A stretch of 64,000 nt of DNA, from the IMG/VR virus record IMGVR_UViG_3300033485_000003, positions 38,958 through 102,957 of that record. One strand, 5' to 3'. Under the pieces are notes generated by a model that saw only the letters and a program-made list of their open reading frames with translations, was not told the DNA's origin and ran no database searches. Made by a program: the position numbers and the translations under genes. The stretch is from a virus. Positions within the stretch are counted from its first letter, which is position 1. Each line of letters begins with the position of its first letter. Below are positions 25,770 through 36,200 of this stretch, piece after piece.

Positions 25770-27223
25770 CCAGAAAAGAAACCGACAAGGAGCGCCTGGA
25801 AAGGCGCAACAAGGACAAATCCACCAAAAACGTAAAGATCGATCTCTTTGCTCTTGGCAAACAGGTGGAGTCACGAGTTTTTGCTGAGACCGTCGAGGTT
25901 GACGAGACTCTTCATTCTGTGTCCAAAACCGACAACGGTTTTAGACCCGCCATCATTGATTCAAGTCACGACCTTAAGGGCTGGACTTTTGATCAATGGC
26001 GAGAGCAGCTCGCGAAAGAGTCCCTCAAAGAGATTCCTACAAAACGCGACACCCACGCTGATCCAGAGACCATGTCTGCAATTTATGCGGCGATCGGCCG
26101 GCGCACGCAAAAGTACCTCAAAGATGGCTTGCTTGGTATTTGGGAGAACCGCCAAGCAACGTATGATAAGGTTGTCAGTATCTCAAATAAAGCCGTCCAA
26201 TGCGAGCGATTGAGTCGACGGCAACTTTTTACTTGGCTGCCTGACGTTGTCGAGTGCTTTTATGACGATGAGAGTGTCCACGAACTCTTCGTTGAGATGG
26301 AAGAAGCCGGCGACAACGGACTGTCGGATGAAGAGATGGACGATTGGATTAACACATTAACAGTCAAGTCCGCCGTCAAAGTAATGAGCGTTGTTCAGGA
26401 AGATTTCTACAAGACCATCGATAGGTTCTGGTCTTACATTTGTGGCTACACAGTCAACCTGTCCGATCTTGAGCGCGTGATTATGGCGTTCAAATTTGGT
26501 TCGGCCAGGTGCGACGACACCAACTTTCGAGAGTTCGAACTTAAGGGGTTGGCAAAATGTCTCGGTGCCATCAACCCGGCAGATTATTTGTGGGTTGAGT
26601 CGATAGAGGATTTTCGTTCGCGAGCATGGGCACTCATTATGGAGCGACGTCGCGAACAAGAAGTTGAAGTTGTCGAGTCGAAGAAACTAGTAGAAGCCCC
26701 AAAAGTGATTTGGGAACCCCCCAAACCCCCAAAGCCTCGCCCTCACGCAGAAGTCGTGGCTGAAGTTCAAGCGGCTATCGCCGCACGAACAGTACCGCCG
26801 GTTGACATCACACCAGACGAGGTCTCTAAATTGACCGATTCGACCAAACTCGAAGCTTGCTCGTATTCGACTGATCCTGAAATTCTTGTAGCCGTACACA
26901 ACAACAAATACACTCCATGGTCGGCTTGTGAGCGGTGTATGGAAAATGAAGTAGTGTTTAAGCGTTTTTGTCAGCAAGCCGATGAGCGCACGCCTGTGGC
27001 CCCGGTTCAAAGGGCATCTGGAGGGCCTTCGGTATCAGATCTTGAGCTGGCGGTGACCTCAACAGATTCTCGAGAGCTAGAACGCATCGCTACTACAACA
27101 AACGATCCGATCGTGAGGGTGGCTATTATCGCCAACGGTAGTGCTGAAAAAGACTTGAAATTATGGCTGAAGGCTGTCAACAGTGGGCTTCAAATGACAT
27201 ACACTGAATTTGTGGGGGTATAA
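25766..27223 (+). CDS. Large hypothetical protein with C-terminal LRV repeats and tag
   Basis: GGAG RBS; C-terminus VRVAIIANGSAEKDLKLWLKAVNSGLQMTYTEFV. Confidence 0.7.
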   Translation: MTRKETDKERLERRNKDKSTKNVKIDLFALGKQVESRVFAETVEVDETLHSVSKTDNGFRPAIIDSSHDLKGWTFDQWREQLAKESLKEIPTKRDTHADPETMSAIYAAIGRRTQKYLKDGLLGIWENRQATYDKVVSISNKAVQCERLSRRQLFTWLPDVVECFYDDESVHELFVEMEEAGDNGLSDEEMDDWINTLTVKSAVKVMSVVQEDFYKTIDRFWSYICGYTVNLSDLERVIMAFKFGSARCDDTNFREFELKGLAKCLGAINPADYLWVESIEDFRSRAWALIMERRREQEVEVVESKKLVEAPKVIWEPPKPPKPRPHAEVVAEVQAAIAARTVPPVDITPDEVSKLTDSTKLEACSYSTDPEILVAVHNNKYTPWSACERCMENEVVFKRFCQQADERTPVAPVQRASGGPSVSDLELAVTSTDSRELERIATTTNDPIVRVAIIANGSAEKDLKLWLKAVNSGLQMTYTEFVGV

Positions 27224-27224
27224 A

Positions 27225-27437
27225 ATGACTCAAGAAGAATTGGCAAAAGAGTTGGCGGAAGTCCGGGAGAAGTTTAAGGATGGGAAGGGTATGAGCAAAG
27301 CGACCAACCGCGAGCTGTCGTTGATTTTGAGTTACCCGATCGAAGGTGATCTGGTTTCTATGAAGTCTGCGCTTCGTTGGCGCGATCTCACAAAGGGCGG
27401 ACCACTAGATGTCGACAAGATCGATGGCGTCTCTTAA
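27225..27437 (+). CDS. Small hypothetical protein
   Basis: MTQEELAK start just after the upstream stop. Confidence 0.55.
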   Translation: MTQEELAKELAEVREKFKDGKGMSKATNRELSLILSYPIEGDLVSMKSALRWRDLTKGGPLDVDKIDGVS

Positions 27438-27822
27438 GCAGATGCAAGTGCACGTGTCATTGGATGGTAAGTTTCTTTTTACCTTGGACGATCTCGCGCG
27501 AGCAGAAGCCCAAGTTCTGGCTGAATGCGCTCGTCACCCGAATCCAAACGAAAGGATGCGCGCGGCTAGCTCTCAGACAACTCCGTCGGAGTCGCTGTCG
27601 TATTTGACGAGAGATCTCCAACCACAGGTGCGATTGAGGGTTGCTGGCAATATCTGTACACCAGCAGAAGGTTTTGTGGTATTGGCGGAAGATAGCGATC
27701 CACAAGTCCGAGCCGCTGTGCTCAACAATCCGTCTACGCCACCTATGGTAAAAATATGGATGCGTGGCGGGTACGGTGATATGTCTTTGAAGGAATTCTT
27801 GGAGACCGCCAATGCCGACTAA
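27424..27822 (+). CDS. HEAT/LRV-repeat protein with conserved C-terminal tag
   Basis: VRLRVAGN, VRAAVLNNPSTPPMVKIWMRGGYGDMSLKEFL. Confidence 0.75.
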   Translation: MASLKQMQVHVSLDGKFLFTLDDLARAEAQVLAECARHPNPNERMRAASSQTTPSESLSYLTRDLQPQVRLRVAGNICTPAEGFVVLAEDSDPQVRAAVLNNPSTPPMVKIWMRGGYGDMSLKEFLETANAD

Positions 27823-28540
27823 CCTTGAACTGGCAAAAGACCTCAATACTTCAACTGAGGACTTGATCCGTATCATTGGAGACATCCGAGCGGAACTAAG
27901 ACTCAAGGACGACGATGAGTACAAAGCTTTTGAACTAGCCATAAACCACGAGAACCTACCTTCCATAGTTTTGGAAGACATGGCTCGGTATGGAGCAAAA
28001 GGGCATAAACTCTATGTCGCCAGTTGTCCTCGTATGACTAGAGCGGCTTTTGAAGTGCTTGCGCAAGATTCCGACATGTGGACCAATTTGGTTATCAATC
28101 CGGCCACACCGTTGGATTTCTTGGTTAAAGTGGCTAGAACTGAACGCCCAATTACGACAGTCGGTTTTGCTCCTGATACTCCCAAGGCGAATATTGCCGG
28201 CAGCAATCGTACTCCGATTTCTATTTTGGTAGAACTTGAACAAAGCTCATTTATCTTGGTTAGGCAGAGACTAGCTCAGAATCCCAATACGCCAGAGTGG
28301 GTACGATGGCAATTGTCTTTAGACGAGGACTTTACAGTCCGACTGTATGTCTTCGCGTATTCAGGAACTTCGTCGCAGCTTCGAATTCAAATGGTGCGGA
28401 TCGAGGAAGATCCAAGAGTGATTCAATACATGTCGAAGTCTAAATGCACACCGCCTCTGGTCAAAATGTGGTTGATGTCCGAGTATCGACATACTATGTC
28501 TTTGGAAGAGTTTTTGGAGGTCGCAAGTGAGAATGACTAA
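27812..28540 (+). CDS. HEAT/LRV-repeat protein with conserved C-terminal tag
   Basis: Multiple NP.TP repeats; CTPPLVKMWLMSEYRHTMSLEEFL. Confidence 0.8.
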   Translation: MPTNLELAKDLNTSTEDLIRIIGDIRAELRLKDDDEYKAFELAINHENLPSIVLEDMARYGAKGHKLYVASCPRMTRAAFEVLAQDSDMWTNLVINPATPLDFLVKVARTERPITTVGFAPDTPKANIAGSNRTPISILVELEQSSFILVRQRLAQNPNTPEWVRWQLSLDEDFTVRLYVFAYSGTSSQLRIQMVRIEEDPRVIQYMSKSKCTPPLVKMWLMSEYRHTMSLEEFLEVASEND

Positions 28541-28910
28541 ACACGGTCCGGAATACGACGCCCTCGACTACGTTCTCGATCACGACACGCCTTCTGATAT
28601 TCTCGCGGAGTTGGTTAACAGCAATGGCGTGCAAATTCGAATCTATCTTGCCATGAATCGCAACACCCCTCCAGAAGCACATATGGCGTTAGCCAAAGAC
28701 GCTGTTGCTGATGTACGATATGAGGTTGCTGTCGGCTATAGGTCTCCGCCTGAGGCGTTGACGATATTGGCCGAAGATGGGCACGAGGATATCGTGTACG
28801 CAGTCTCAAGAAACCCCAACACTCCACCTTTGGTTAAAATGTGGCTGGAGACGTACAGGGATAGTGGAATGTCTTTGGTGCAGTTTTTAGAGGTTGCAAA
28901 TGTGGGTTAA
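28533..28910 (+). CDS. HEAT/LRV-repeat protein with conserved C-terminal tag
   Basis: NPNTPPLVKMWLETYRDSGMSLVQFL. Confidence 0.75.
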   Translation: MTKHGPEYDALDYVLDHDTPSDILAELVNSNGVQIRIYLAMNRNTPPEAHMALAKDAVADVRYEVAVGYRSPPEALTILAEDGHEDIVYAVSRNPNTPPLVKMWLETYRDSGMSLVQFLEVANVG

Positions 28911-28992
28911 TGTATTGATTATTGCTGGGTTTGTTGTTGGCGTCAGTGCGATTGTTGAGTTTTGGCGTCGGAGGGCGTTGACAGGGAGGTGA
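28900..28992 (+). CDS. 30-aa single-TM peptide
   Basis: Manual ORF MWVNVLIIAGFVVGVSAIVEFWRRRALTGR with a GAGG RBS. Confidence 0.45.
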   Translation: MWVNVLIIAGFVVGVSAIVEFWRRRALTGR

Positions 28993-29025
28993 TTTTGTAA
29001 TAGGGGTTGGGGGAAAGGAGTACTT

Positions 29026-30171
29026 ATGGACCTCAAACCGAATTCATTGGCTATTAAGGCTCCTGGCTTGCGTAGCGAGTGGAGCTCTGAGAACACCGTC
29101 AATTTTGACGATGTTTCGTATGGTTCGCAGGTGAAGCGTAAATGGATATGTCCTCAAACGCATAAATATTCGGCTTCTCCTCACGCTAGGACCGCCAAAA
29201 GGCCGCACGGATGCCCTGAGTGTTCTGGCAGGAAGGTGTCCGATCTTAACTCAATAGCAGCGAAGGCCCCACATTTGGTTATTGAATGGCATCTAGACAA
29301 CGACAAGACTCCACGTGAGGTGGCGTACATGTCCTCCGTACTTCGCAAGTGGCGATGTAAGAGCGACAGCATGCATGAATGGTGGGCGACGCCTGGAAAT
29401 AGGACTAGTAATAATCATGGTTGTCCATTTTGTTCTAGGCGTAGAGTTTCAGCAATAAATTCGTTGGCCACTAAGGCTCCCCACCTAGAGAGGGAGTGGC
29501 ATTCGGATAATAAAGAGAAGTTTTGCGATATATCGTGTGGATCGAAAAAGAAGTATTGTTGGGTTTGCAGTCTTGGGCATGTATGGCGAGCCTCCCCTCA
29601 CAATAGAACCAAGAGAAAGCCTAGTAGGTGTCCGGAGTGTACTGGATACCGAGTTTCTAAGCTTAATTCGCTAGCTTCGCGTGCTCCACACCTACTCGCC
29701 GAATGGCATCCTGACAATAACAAGTCGTTCGATGAGGTGTTTTATTCTTCTGCCAAAAAATATAAGTGGATTTGTAGGTTTGGCCACGTGTGGGAAGCTA
29801 AACCGTGTCACAGGACGGACCCCAAGCATCCTAGTGGATGTCCAGAGTGTATCGTTACCCACTCTAAGGCTGAAACGGCTATTTTTGATGCTATTAGGGT
29901 AAAATACCCGGACGCCGTCAATGGCCAGCGCGGGCTGTTGCGCCACGGACGATCTGAATTAGATATTCATATCCCGTCACTTAAAAAGGCGATTGAGTAC
30001 GATGGGACATACTGGCATTCGCGGCCCGGCAGCCAAGAGAGAGATCTCCGAAAGGACCAGCAATGTGCTGAAGTCGGCATTCAGCTATTGAGGATTCCAG
30101 AGGCGGAGTACGAATCTGACCGTGAAGGTACCATCGTGAAAGTCCTTGCTTGGCTTGGGAGCAATCTATGA
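29026..30171 (+). CDS. Zinc-ribbon repeat (DUF4379-like) protein with a C-terminal PD-(D/E)xK/Vsr-like endonuclease
   Basis: Four repeats of EWH..N...W.C..GH.W.....R......CP.C, then ELDIHIPSLKKAIEYDGTYWH...RD..KD. Confidence 0.8.
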   Translation: MDLKPNSLAIKAPGLRSEWSSENTVNFDDVSYGSQVKRKWICPQTHKYSASPHARTAKRPHGCPECSGRKVSDLNSIAAKAPHLVIEWHLDNDKTPREVAYMSSVLRKWRCKSDSMHEWWATPGNRTSNNHGCPFCSRRRVSAINSLATKAPHLEREWHSDNKEKFCDISCGSKKKYCWVCSLGHVWRASPHNRTKRKPSRCPECTGYRVSKLNSLASRAPHLLAEWHPDNNKSFDEVFYSSAKKYKWICRFGHVWEAKPCHRTDPKHPSGCPECIVTHSKAETAIFDAIRVKYPDAVNGQRGLLRHGRSELDIHIPSLKKAIEYDGTYWHSRPGSQERDLRKDQQCAEVGIQLLRIPEAEYESDREGTIVKVLAWLGSNL

Positions 30172-30177
30172 TGTATG
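30163..30177 (+). promoter_or_regulatory. Candidate late promoter AATCT(T/A)-N6-ATG (also at 32292, 51036, 53972 and 60407; with leader at 41289 and 63480)
   Basis: Same hexamer at the same spacing before morphogenesis genes that lack an SD. Confidence 0.65.
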
Positions 30178-32061
30178 GCCTTCTCTACCACGGAAATGCG
30201 GCGCATGCTCTTCACCCCATGCGCGACCAAAGAACACCTGTCTAGGTGGGTTCAAACTTTCATCGGAATTCATTTCCCCGATGCCGTTGTCTGCGAAGAA
30301 TCGAATTCATCTCCGATGGACGCTTTGTGGACACTGTATTCCAAAGCGATCTCGAATGACGACGAGGATTTCTCTCGTGTTATGTCTTACGCAGCACGTG
30401 GGACATATAAGACACTCAGCGCTTCTGTACTCGAAGTTGCGCTAGTTCTCCACACTCCACGAAATATCGCACATCTTGCTGCAACTCAAGACCAGAGTGG
30501 CAAGGCTCAGTCATATTGTAGAGATTTCTTCGCCAAACCATACCTGTGCGATTTCCGCATGGGCCAAAACATCAAGAAAATCGACGTTTGCCGCTTTAGT
30601 AACGAGCGAACAGGTATACATCTAACCGAAAAAGAATGGCAAGTTCTTTCTGACGACGAAAAAACGCTGTTCGAACGCAAAGACAACTATATTCAAATAG
30701 TGACGCTCACCCTACAAGGTGCGAACAGTGCACACACAGAACTACTTGTGGTCGACGAAGTCGATACCGTTCCGACGCAAAACCGTGGAGCGTACGAAGA
30801 GGCGAAGCACATTCCCGACCCGCGCAACGGACTAAATCCTATAACCCTACTTACTTCTACCCGTAAGTTCAGCTATGGACTAGTGCAGAAAGAAATCGAT
30901 GAAGCTGCCAAGTCTGGCCTCAAGGTATTCCACTGGAACGCCGTAGATGTCGCCCAAGCCTGCACACCAGATCGACATAAGCCGGAACTCCCTAAAGTCC
31001 AACTTTACGTCAATGACTCGGAGCTCACCACGGTCTCTGAAGAGGCCTACTCCAAGTTCGATGTAGCAATGCAGTCCAAGTTCACGCAGCACGAAGGTTT
31101 TGGTGGGTGTGCGACATGTTCTCTGTTTTCGGTGTGCAAATCCAGGCTAGCTACACACCAGACCTCGAAGTCTCCTCTGTTGAAGCCGATTACATGGTTG
31201 CGCAACCGCCTCAAGGAAGTTTCGACTGGAATGGCTTTGACGCAAATCATGTGTCGCCAGCCAGATTCCACTGGTTTGATTTACCCGAAGTTGGATCGCG
31301 CCATCCATGTCAAGACCGCCTCGGAAATTGCCCAGATGGTTACCGGGCGTACAGCGCCGCAGCATTTGGATAAGGGTACGCTTTTGAGGATTTTGGTGGA
31401 CCGGGGGTGCAAGTTTGTATCGGGGATGGACTTTGGCTTCACCCATCCCTTTTCTTGTATTACAATGGCAGTGTGGGGACAAAACGCATTTGTGGTGGAC
31501 TGCGTTTCACGTTCTGGTTTGGAACTCGACGACAAAGTTGCTGTGTGTGAACATCTACGTGTACTGAATCCTACGATTCACGCCGACACTGAGGCCCCGG
31601 CCGATATCGAGACGTTCAAGCGACGCGGATTTCAAATGAAAGGTGCGATCAAAGGGCGCGGCAGCGTGAAGAGCGGCATTGAAATCGTCCGGATGAAAAT
31701 CCAGCCGGCCTTAGGCCCTCCGACGCTATTTTTCTTGGCTGGAGATCCAGACGTCGAATTCGCCTTTCAACAACTCAAAATGTACCACTTCGTCACTGAC
31801 GAAGGCGGAAATATTTCTGACGAGCCAGAAAAAGTCGATGACGACTCTGCGGACGCCGCCAGGTACGGAATTGTAGGGACTTTCGCGCCAAACCACAAAA
31901 TCAGTCTGCCCCAGAACCCCAACAACCCAGCGCCTTCGGATGGGAATTCGGTTTCTGGCAAGCCTCAGTGGATGCAAGAATACATCTCGAAATTGCTGGA
32001 TGGCGGGGATATCGCCGCGAACAAGCCGATCCGAAAAGGCAATTTCCACTTTCAACAGTAG
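30175..32061 (+). CDS. terL: Terminase large subunit
   Basis: AARGTYKT Walker A, LLVVDEVD Walker B, GMDFGFTHP and DDSADAARY RNase H motifs. Confidence 0.9.
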   Translation: MAFSTTEMRRMLFTPCATKEHLSRWVQTFIGIHFPDAVVCEESNSSPMDALWTLYSKAISNDDEDFSRVMSYAARGTYKTLSASVLEVALVLHTPRNIAHLAATQDQSGKAQSYCRDFFAKPYLCDFRMGQNIKKIDVCRFSNERTGIHLTEKEWQVLSDDEKTLFERKDNYIQIVTLTLQGANSAHTELLVVDEVDTVPTQNRGAYEEAKHIPDPRNGLNPITLLTSTRKFSYGLVQKEIDEAAKSGLKVFHWNAVDVAQACTPDRHKPELPKVQLYVNDSELTTVSEEAYSKFDVAMQSKFTQHEGFGGCATCSLFSVCKSRLATHQTSKSPLLKPITWLRNRLKEVSTGMALTQIMCRQPDSTGLIYPKLDRAIHVKTASEIAQMVTGRTAPQHLDKGTLLRILVDRGCKFVSGMDFGFTHPFSCITMAVWGQNAFVVDCVSRSGLELDDKVAVCEHLRVLNPTIHADTEAPADIETFKRRGFQMKGAIKGRGSVKSGIEIVRMKIQPALGPPTLFFLAGDPDVEFAFQQLKMYHFVTDEGGNISDEPEKVDDDSADAARYGIVGTFAPNHKISLPQNPNNPAPSDGNSVSGKPQWMQEYISKLLDGGDIAANKPIRKGNFHFQQ

Positions 32062-32065
32062 TGGG

Positions 32066-32093
32066 TTGACATCCCCTAAAATCCGCGTATACT
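32066..32093 (+). promoter_or_regulatory. Sigma-70 promoter upstream of the tRNA-like RNA
   Basis: TTGACA-16-TATACT. Confidence 0.65.
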
Positions 32094-32195
32094 TCAAAAT
32101 ATCACAACGAGAGCGCTCGCAGCCTGATAGCGCAATCACATAAATAACAGGCCGTCTTCGCTCACCCGTATGGTTGGGGTGTTCGAAGACGTTTT

Positions 32196-32248
32196 GGGGA
32201 CGATGTTCTACCGGACTAAGCAAGTAGGTTCGATTCCTACCGGCCCCA
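32196..32248 (+). ncRNA. tRNA-like RNA with acceptor, D and T arms but no anticodon arm
   Basis: GGGGACG/CGGCCCC-A acceptor stem, TGTT/AGCA D stem, GTAGG-TTCGATT-CCTAC T arm. Confidence 0.55.
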
Positions 32249-32303
32249 CTCAATATTGCAACGCCATATGGTACAATGATTGCTAGAACGGAATCTTGAC
32301 CAT

Positions 32304-33284
32304 ATGGACGCTTTCCTAAACACGACATTCCAAATCCAAGCCTACGCCGACCGTCCGGCCAACTCCAACCCACGTCTACGTGCGGTTGATTGGCGACGAG
32401 ACCTTGCCGGCCAAGCCGTATCGAACCCCAAGTCCGAATCCGTGCAGCTTATCGCCGGAGAAACCCGGACGCTCTTCAACGGCACCCGTACGACGACCTT
32501 GGACGGCACTACAGCATTTACGGTGTCGCTGTCGACTCTGGAATCTGGGCGCTACCGCTTCACCAAAGTGGCTGGAACCGATCCGGGTCTTCGTACCAGC
32601 CGCGGACTCACGCTGAATACGGTCTCCGTCACCGTAGTGGCGTTGGCCAACGGTTCGCTGACAATGACTGTACCCGGGCCTGCGGCATTCACCGGTGTAG
32701 TTGCCGGAGACATCGTTTTCGTTCCCAACACCAACACAGGCGACACCGCCAACGTTTTCTCGATCTCCAACAGCGGGTATTGGGTGGTGTTGGCGGTGTT
32801 GTCGCCCCAGTCCTTGAGTCTCTCCCGCCTCCCCGGCGCTTCGTTCGAAGGCGTGAGTGAAGTCGTTACGTTGACGTCCAATGCGCAGCTGAGAGCCTAC
32901 TCTGCGGCAGGCGTACAAGTCGATGACTCGGTGGCGATTTCGAGTGGGTTCGCGGTAGCCACACAAAAGACATACGAAGTCGTGGCCGTAACAGACACTT
33001 TCTTTGAAGTGAAGAGCTCCCTGCCGCTCCCTCTCGAGTCGTCTGTGACTCCCGGTGCCGCTGGCATGGTGTTCTATTCCAGTGCCAAGAATTTCCTGTA
33101 TATCGAAGGCGATCAAGAGTTCGCCATCCGTCTCAATGGCTCGACCGACTCGACTCAAAGGGTTTCTCCGGTGCTTGCTGGAGAGCTAACGGGTGCCTAC
33201 TTCAAGAACGGCCCGACCTGGTCCTTGGCTGTAGTCAATATGTCTTCCACGTCGCTCAATTTGATGGTAATCGGGGCGGAATAA
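32304..33284 (+). CDS. Putative virion structural protein (beta-rich)
   Basis: Lies between TerL and the portal; T/G/S-rich; ATG is 6 nt after AATCTT. Confidence 0.7.
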   Translation: MDAFLNTTFQIQAYADRPANSNPRLRAVDWRRDLAGQAVSNPKSESVQLIAGETRTLFNGTRTTTLDGTTAFTVSLSTLESGRYRFTKVAGTDPGLRTSRGLTLNTVSVTVVALANGSLTMTVPGPAAFTGVVAGDIVFVPNTNTGDTANVFSISNSGYWVVLAVLSPQSLSLSRLPGASFEGVSEVVTLTSNAQLRAYSAAGVQVDDSVAISSGFAVATQKTYEVVAVTDTFFEVKSSLPLPLESSVTPGAAGMVFYSSAKNFLYIEGDQEFAIRLNGSTDSTQRVSPVLAGELTGAYFKNGPTWSLAVVNMSSTSLNLMVIGAE

Positions 33285-36200
33285 ATGAAAATGACCACAT
33301 CAGACCTGTTTGCTCCCTCCGCCATTGTGCCTGTCAAGCGCAAGAAGTCGGCTATGGTGGAGATGGTTAACGTCCCGAATGACAATGCCTACGAGGCATT
33401 GAACAAGTCTTTGATGTCGATGGACGGGCAAGAAGACAAGCCCGTCAAGCGCCTGGCGTTTGAGGTCGATCCGACCACCGGCGTGAGTATTTACGCGTCG
33501 CTGTACCGTCCCAAACAAAAGGGCTTGTCGGACATCATGTTGAAGAGGTTGTCGGTCCAGGCGTCCATCGTCGCTAGCATTGTAGGGGCTCGAGGGAATC
33601 AAGTATCAGCTTTCGGCCGCCCTCAGCCAGACCGTTTTTCCACCGGCTATAAAATCAAGGCGAGACCAGACGTGTTGGAGGGGCTAGGTCAGGACGACAA
33701 AGAGGCCCTCCAAAAGCGTATTGCCAAAGCCGAACAGTTGTTTTTGACGTGCGGCAAGACGTCTGGGACAGAAGACACCAAAGAGCTTTCTTTTTCGCAG
33801 TTCCTTTTCATGACTACCCGCAACGCTCTGGTCTTCGGGCGTGTTGCCGTAGAAGCCATTCCAAATGCTGAAGGCGAGTTCCATTCGTTTAGACCCATCG
33901 ACGCAGGAACCATCTATTTTGCAACAGCACAAAAGGATGCGGCGGACAATGTGCGGCGTCAAGCGCAAAATCTACTGGCACGTCTCAAGAATGAAAAGCC
34001 GGAAGTTTACATCGACTCCAGGGGTAGAAATGTAGACGAGTTGTTCGGCAATGACGAATACGCTTGGGTCCAGGTCATAGACGACAAGCCAAGACAATTC
34101 TTCACGGCCAAAGAGTGTTTGGTTCACAATTTCTATCCCGTCACAGATATCGAGAGCGAGGGGTACCCGTTAACGCCGCTAGACACCGTTGTCAGCGACG
34201 TCACGACATTCATCAATATCACAACTCACAACCGGCTGTTTTTCCAGTCCGGTCGCGCGGCTCGTGGCGCCATCGTATGCCAGTCTGATGACATTGATGA
34301 CATCGACCTGCAGCAGATGCGTCAGCAGTTCCAGGCCAATATCAATGGCGTTGGTAATTCTTGGCGTACGCCGTTGTTCAAGGTAGGCAAGGACGACAAG
34401 GTAGACTGGTTCAGTATTGACTCCAATGCGCGTGATCAAGAGTATCAATATCTTTCTGATTCAAATGCCCGCACCATTTTGAGCGGGTTTCAGATGTCGC
34501 CTGAGGAGCTGTCTGGCTATGCTCACCTCAGCAGAGGTACGAATAGTCAGGCACTTTGTCTACATCCAGACACTCAGATCTGGACACAAGTTGGAGCAAC
34601 AACGATCGGCGACTTACTTGGGACCGAGCGGGAAGTCTGTGGCTTCAATGTGTGGACCGGAACCGGCTGGTCTCCGGCACGAGCTTTTGTTACTGGAAGT
34701 AGGCGGATTTGCAAAACCACCACGAGCAATGGCATTACAATTACCAGCTCGCCAGAACATAGGTTTAGGGTGGTTGAGTCGGACGGCAGTTTAGGGTGGA
34801 GGGAGCAGCGAGACCTTGTTGTAGGGGATGTGGTCCTGGTAAATCGACAGCCAGTACCTGGAGACGAGTCCAATATACCGTCCTACAGAGGCAGAAAGCT
34901 AACCAAAGATATGATGGAGGTGTTGGGTTGGTTGACGGGCGATGGAACTCTGACCGTCAGGAAGGCCGGAAAAGTTCATCATTCCAAGCAGTTAGAATTT
35001 TACTACCACCACATTAAAGAAGTAGAGATTCGTGAGCGACATTTTCAGATACTCAAGAGTTTTGGACTTAACCCGAGGATAGTCGACCGTCAGGTCAGTC
35101 GGATAGCTGTCGAGCGCCAGAAGCGAGTTTGTGGCTTTCAATCTGTAGCTGATGTGCGACGAAATATCACTCTTAGCGACACTGTTTTTGTGGAGTGGTT
35201 GTTAAGTCTTGGTTTTGTTCCATCGTCTCAACATAAAGCAATCCCAGCTTTTATCCACGGACTGCCAGTCGAACTACGAGGCGCTTTTTTGAAGGGCTTT
35301 TTTAGCGCCGACGGTTCGTGTGACACGCTGAACACGCCGTCGATCACCATAGCTTCGCTAGACACACGCGAGGCGACCAAGAAACTTCTTTTGAATATGG
35401 GGATTCGGACTCGGTATTGTGAGGGGACCACTCGTACTAGTTTTGTCAAAGTCGACGGCCAGGAGTCCTACAAAAAGGAATACATCAAAGCTCCTAGCAA
35501 GCTTATCATCAAAGATAAGCTGGAGTTTTACGAGCGCATTGGCTTTCTGCAGCCACATAAACAGCCAGATCTAGACGCCCTCAAAAAGTCTGACTGTCGA
35601 TGGATTAAAACGGCCGCTTCTGTCGCCCTCAATTTGTGTGACAAGATCCTTTCTCGTCCCGGGATGGGGCACGAAGAGCGAGACGTCGTCCGCCACGCAC
35701 TGGCCGACAATAAGAGTCCGTTCCGCACTTTGTCGAATGTTCAGCGTATCGCCGAAAAATACCGAGAAGTATTGCCTAAATGGACTAGTGACTTTTACCA
35801 AGAATCTGTGGTTCAACTAGAAACATCGAACGACAGCGTAGAGATGGTCGACGTAGAAGTGTTCGACCAGACCCACGCCTTTGTAGCAAACGGACTAATA
35901 GTCCACAATAGTGAATCTAATGTGGAGTACCAACTCGAGGCCCACCGAGACACTGGCATCCGCCCATTGTTATGGCAGATGCAGAATTTCATCAACCACC
36001 GGATTTTCCCGCTGATCGATGCAGAACTCGCAAAAATCTGCACGTTTGCATTTGTCGGACTCGACGCCGAGACGGCCGAAAAAGAAACCACGAGACTACA
36101 GTCGGACGCCACCGTCCACATGACGTACGACCAAATCCTCCAAAAGGTCGAAAAGAAGCCCCTTGGCGCAAAATGGGGCGGGTCGTTCCCCCTCAACCCA

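Noticed and set aside
32100-32252. tmRNA (standard or permuted)
   Set aside because: No G3-U70 pair, and no room for a tag ORF or pseudoknots between the 5' and 3' acceptor strands.
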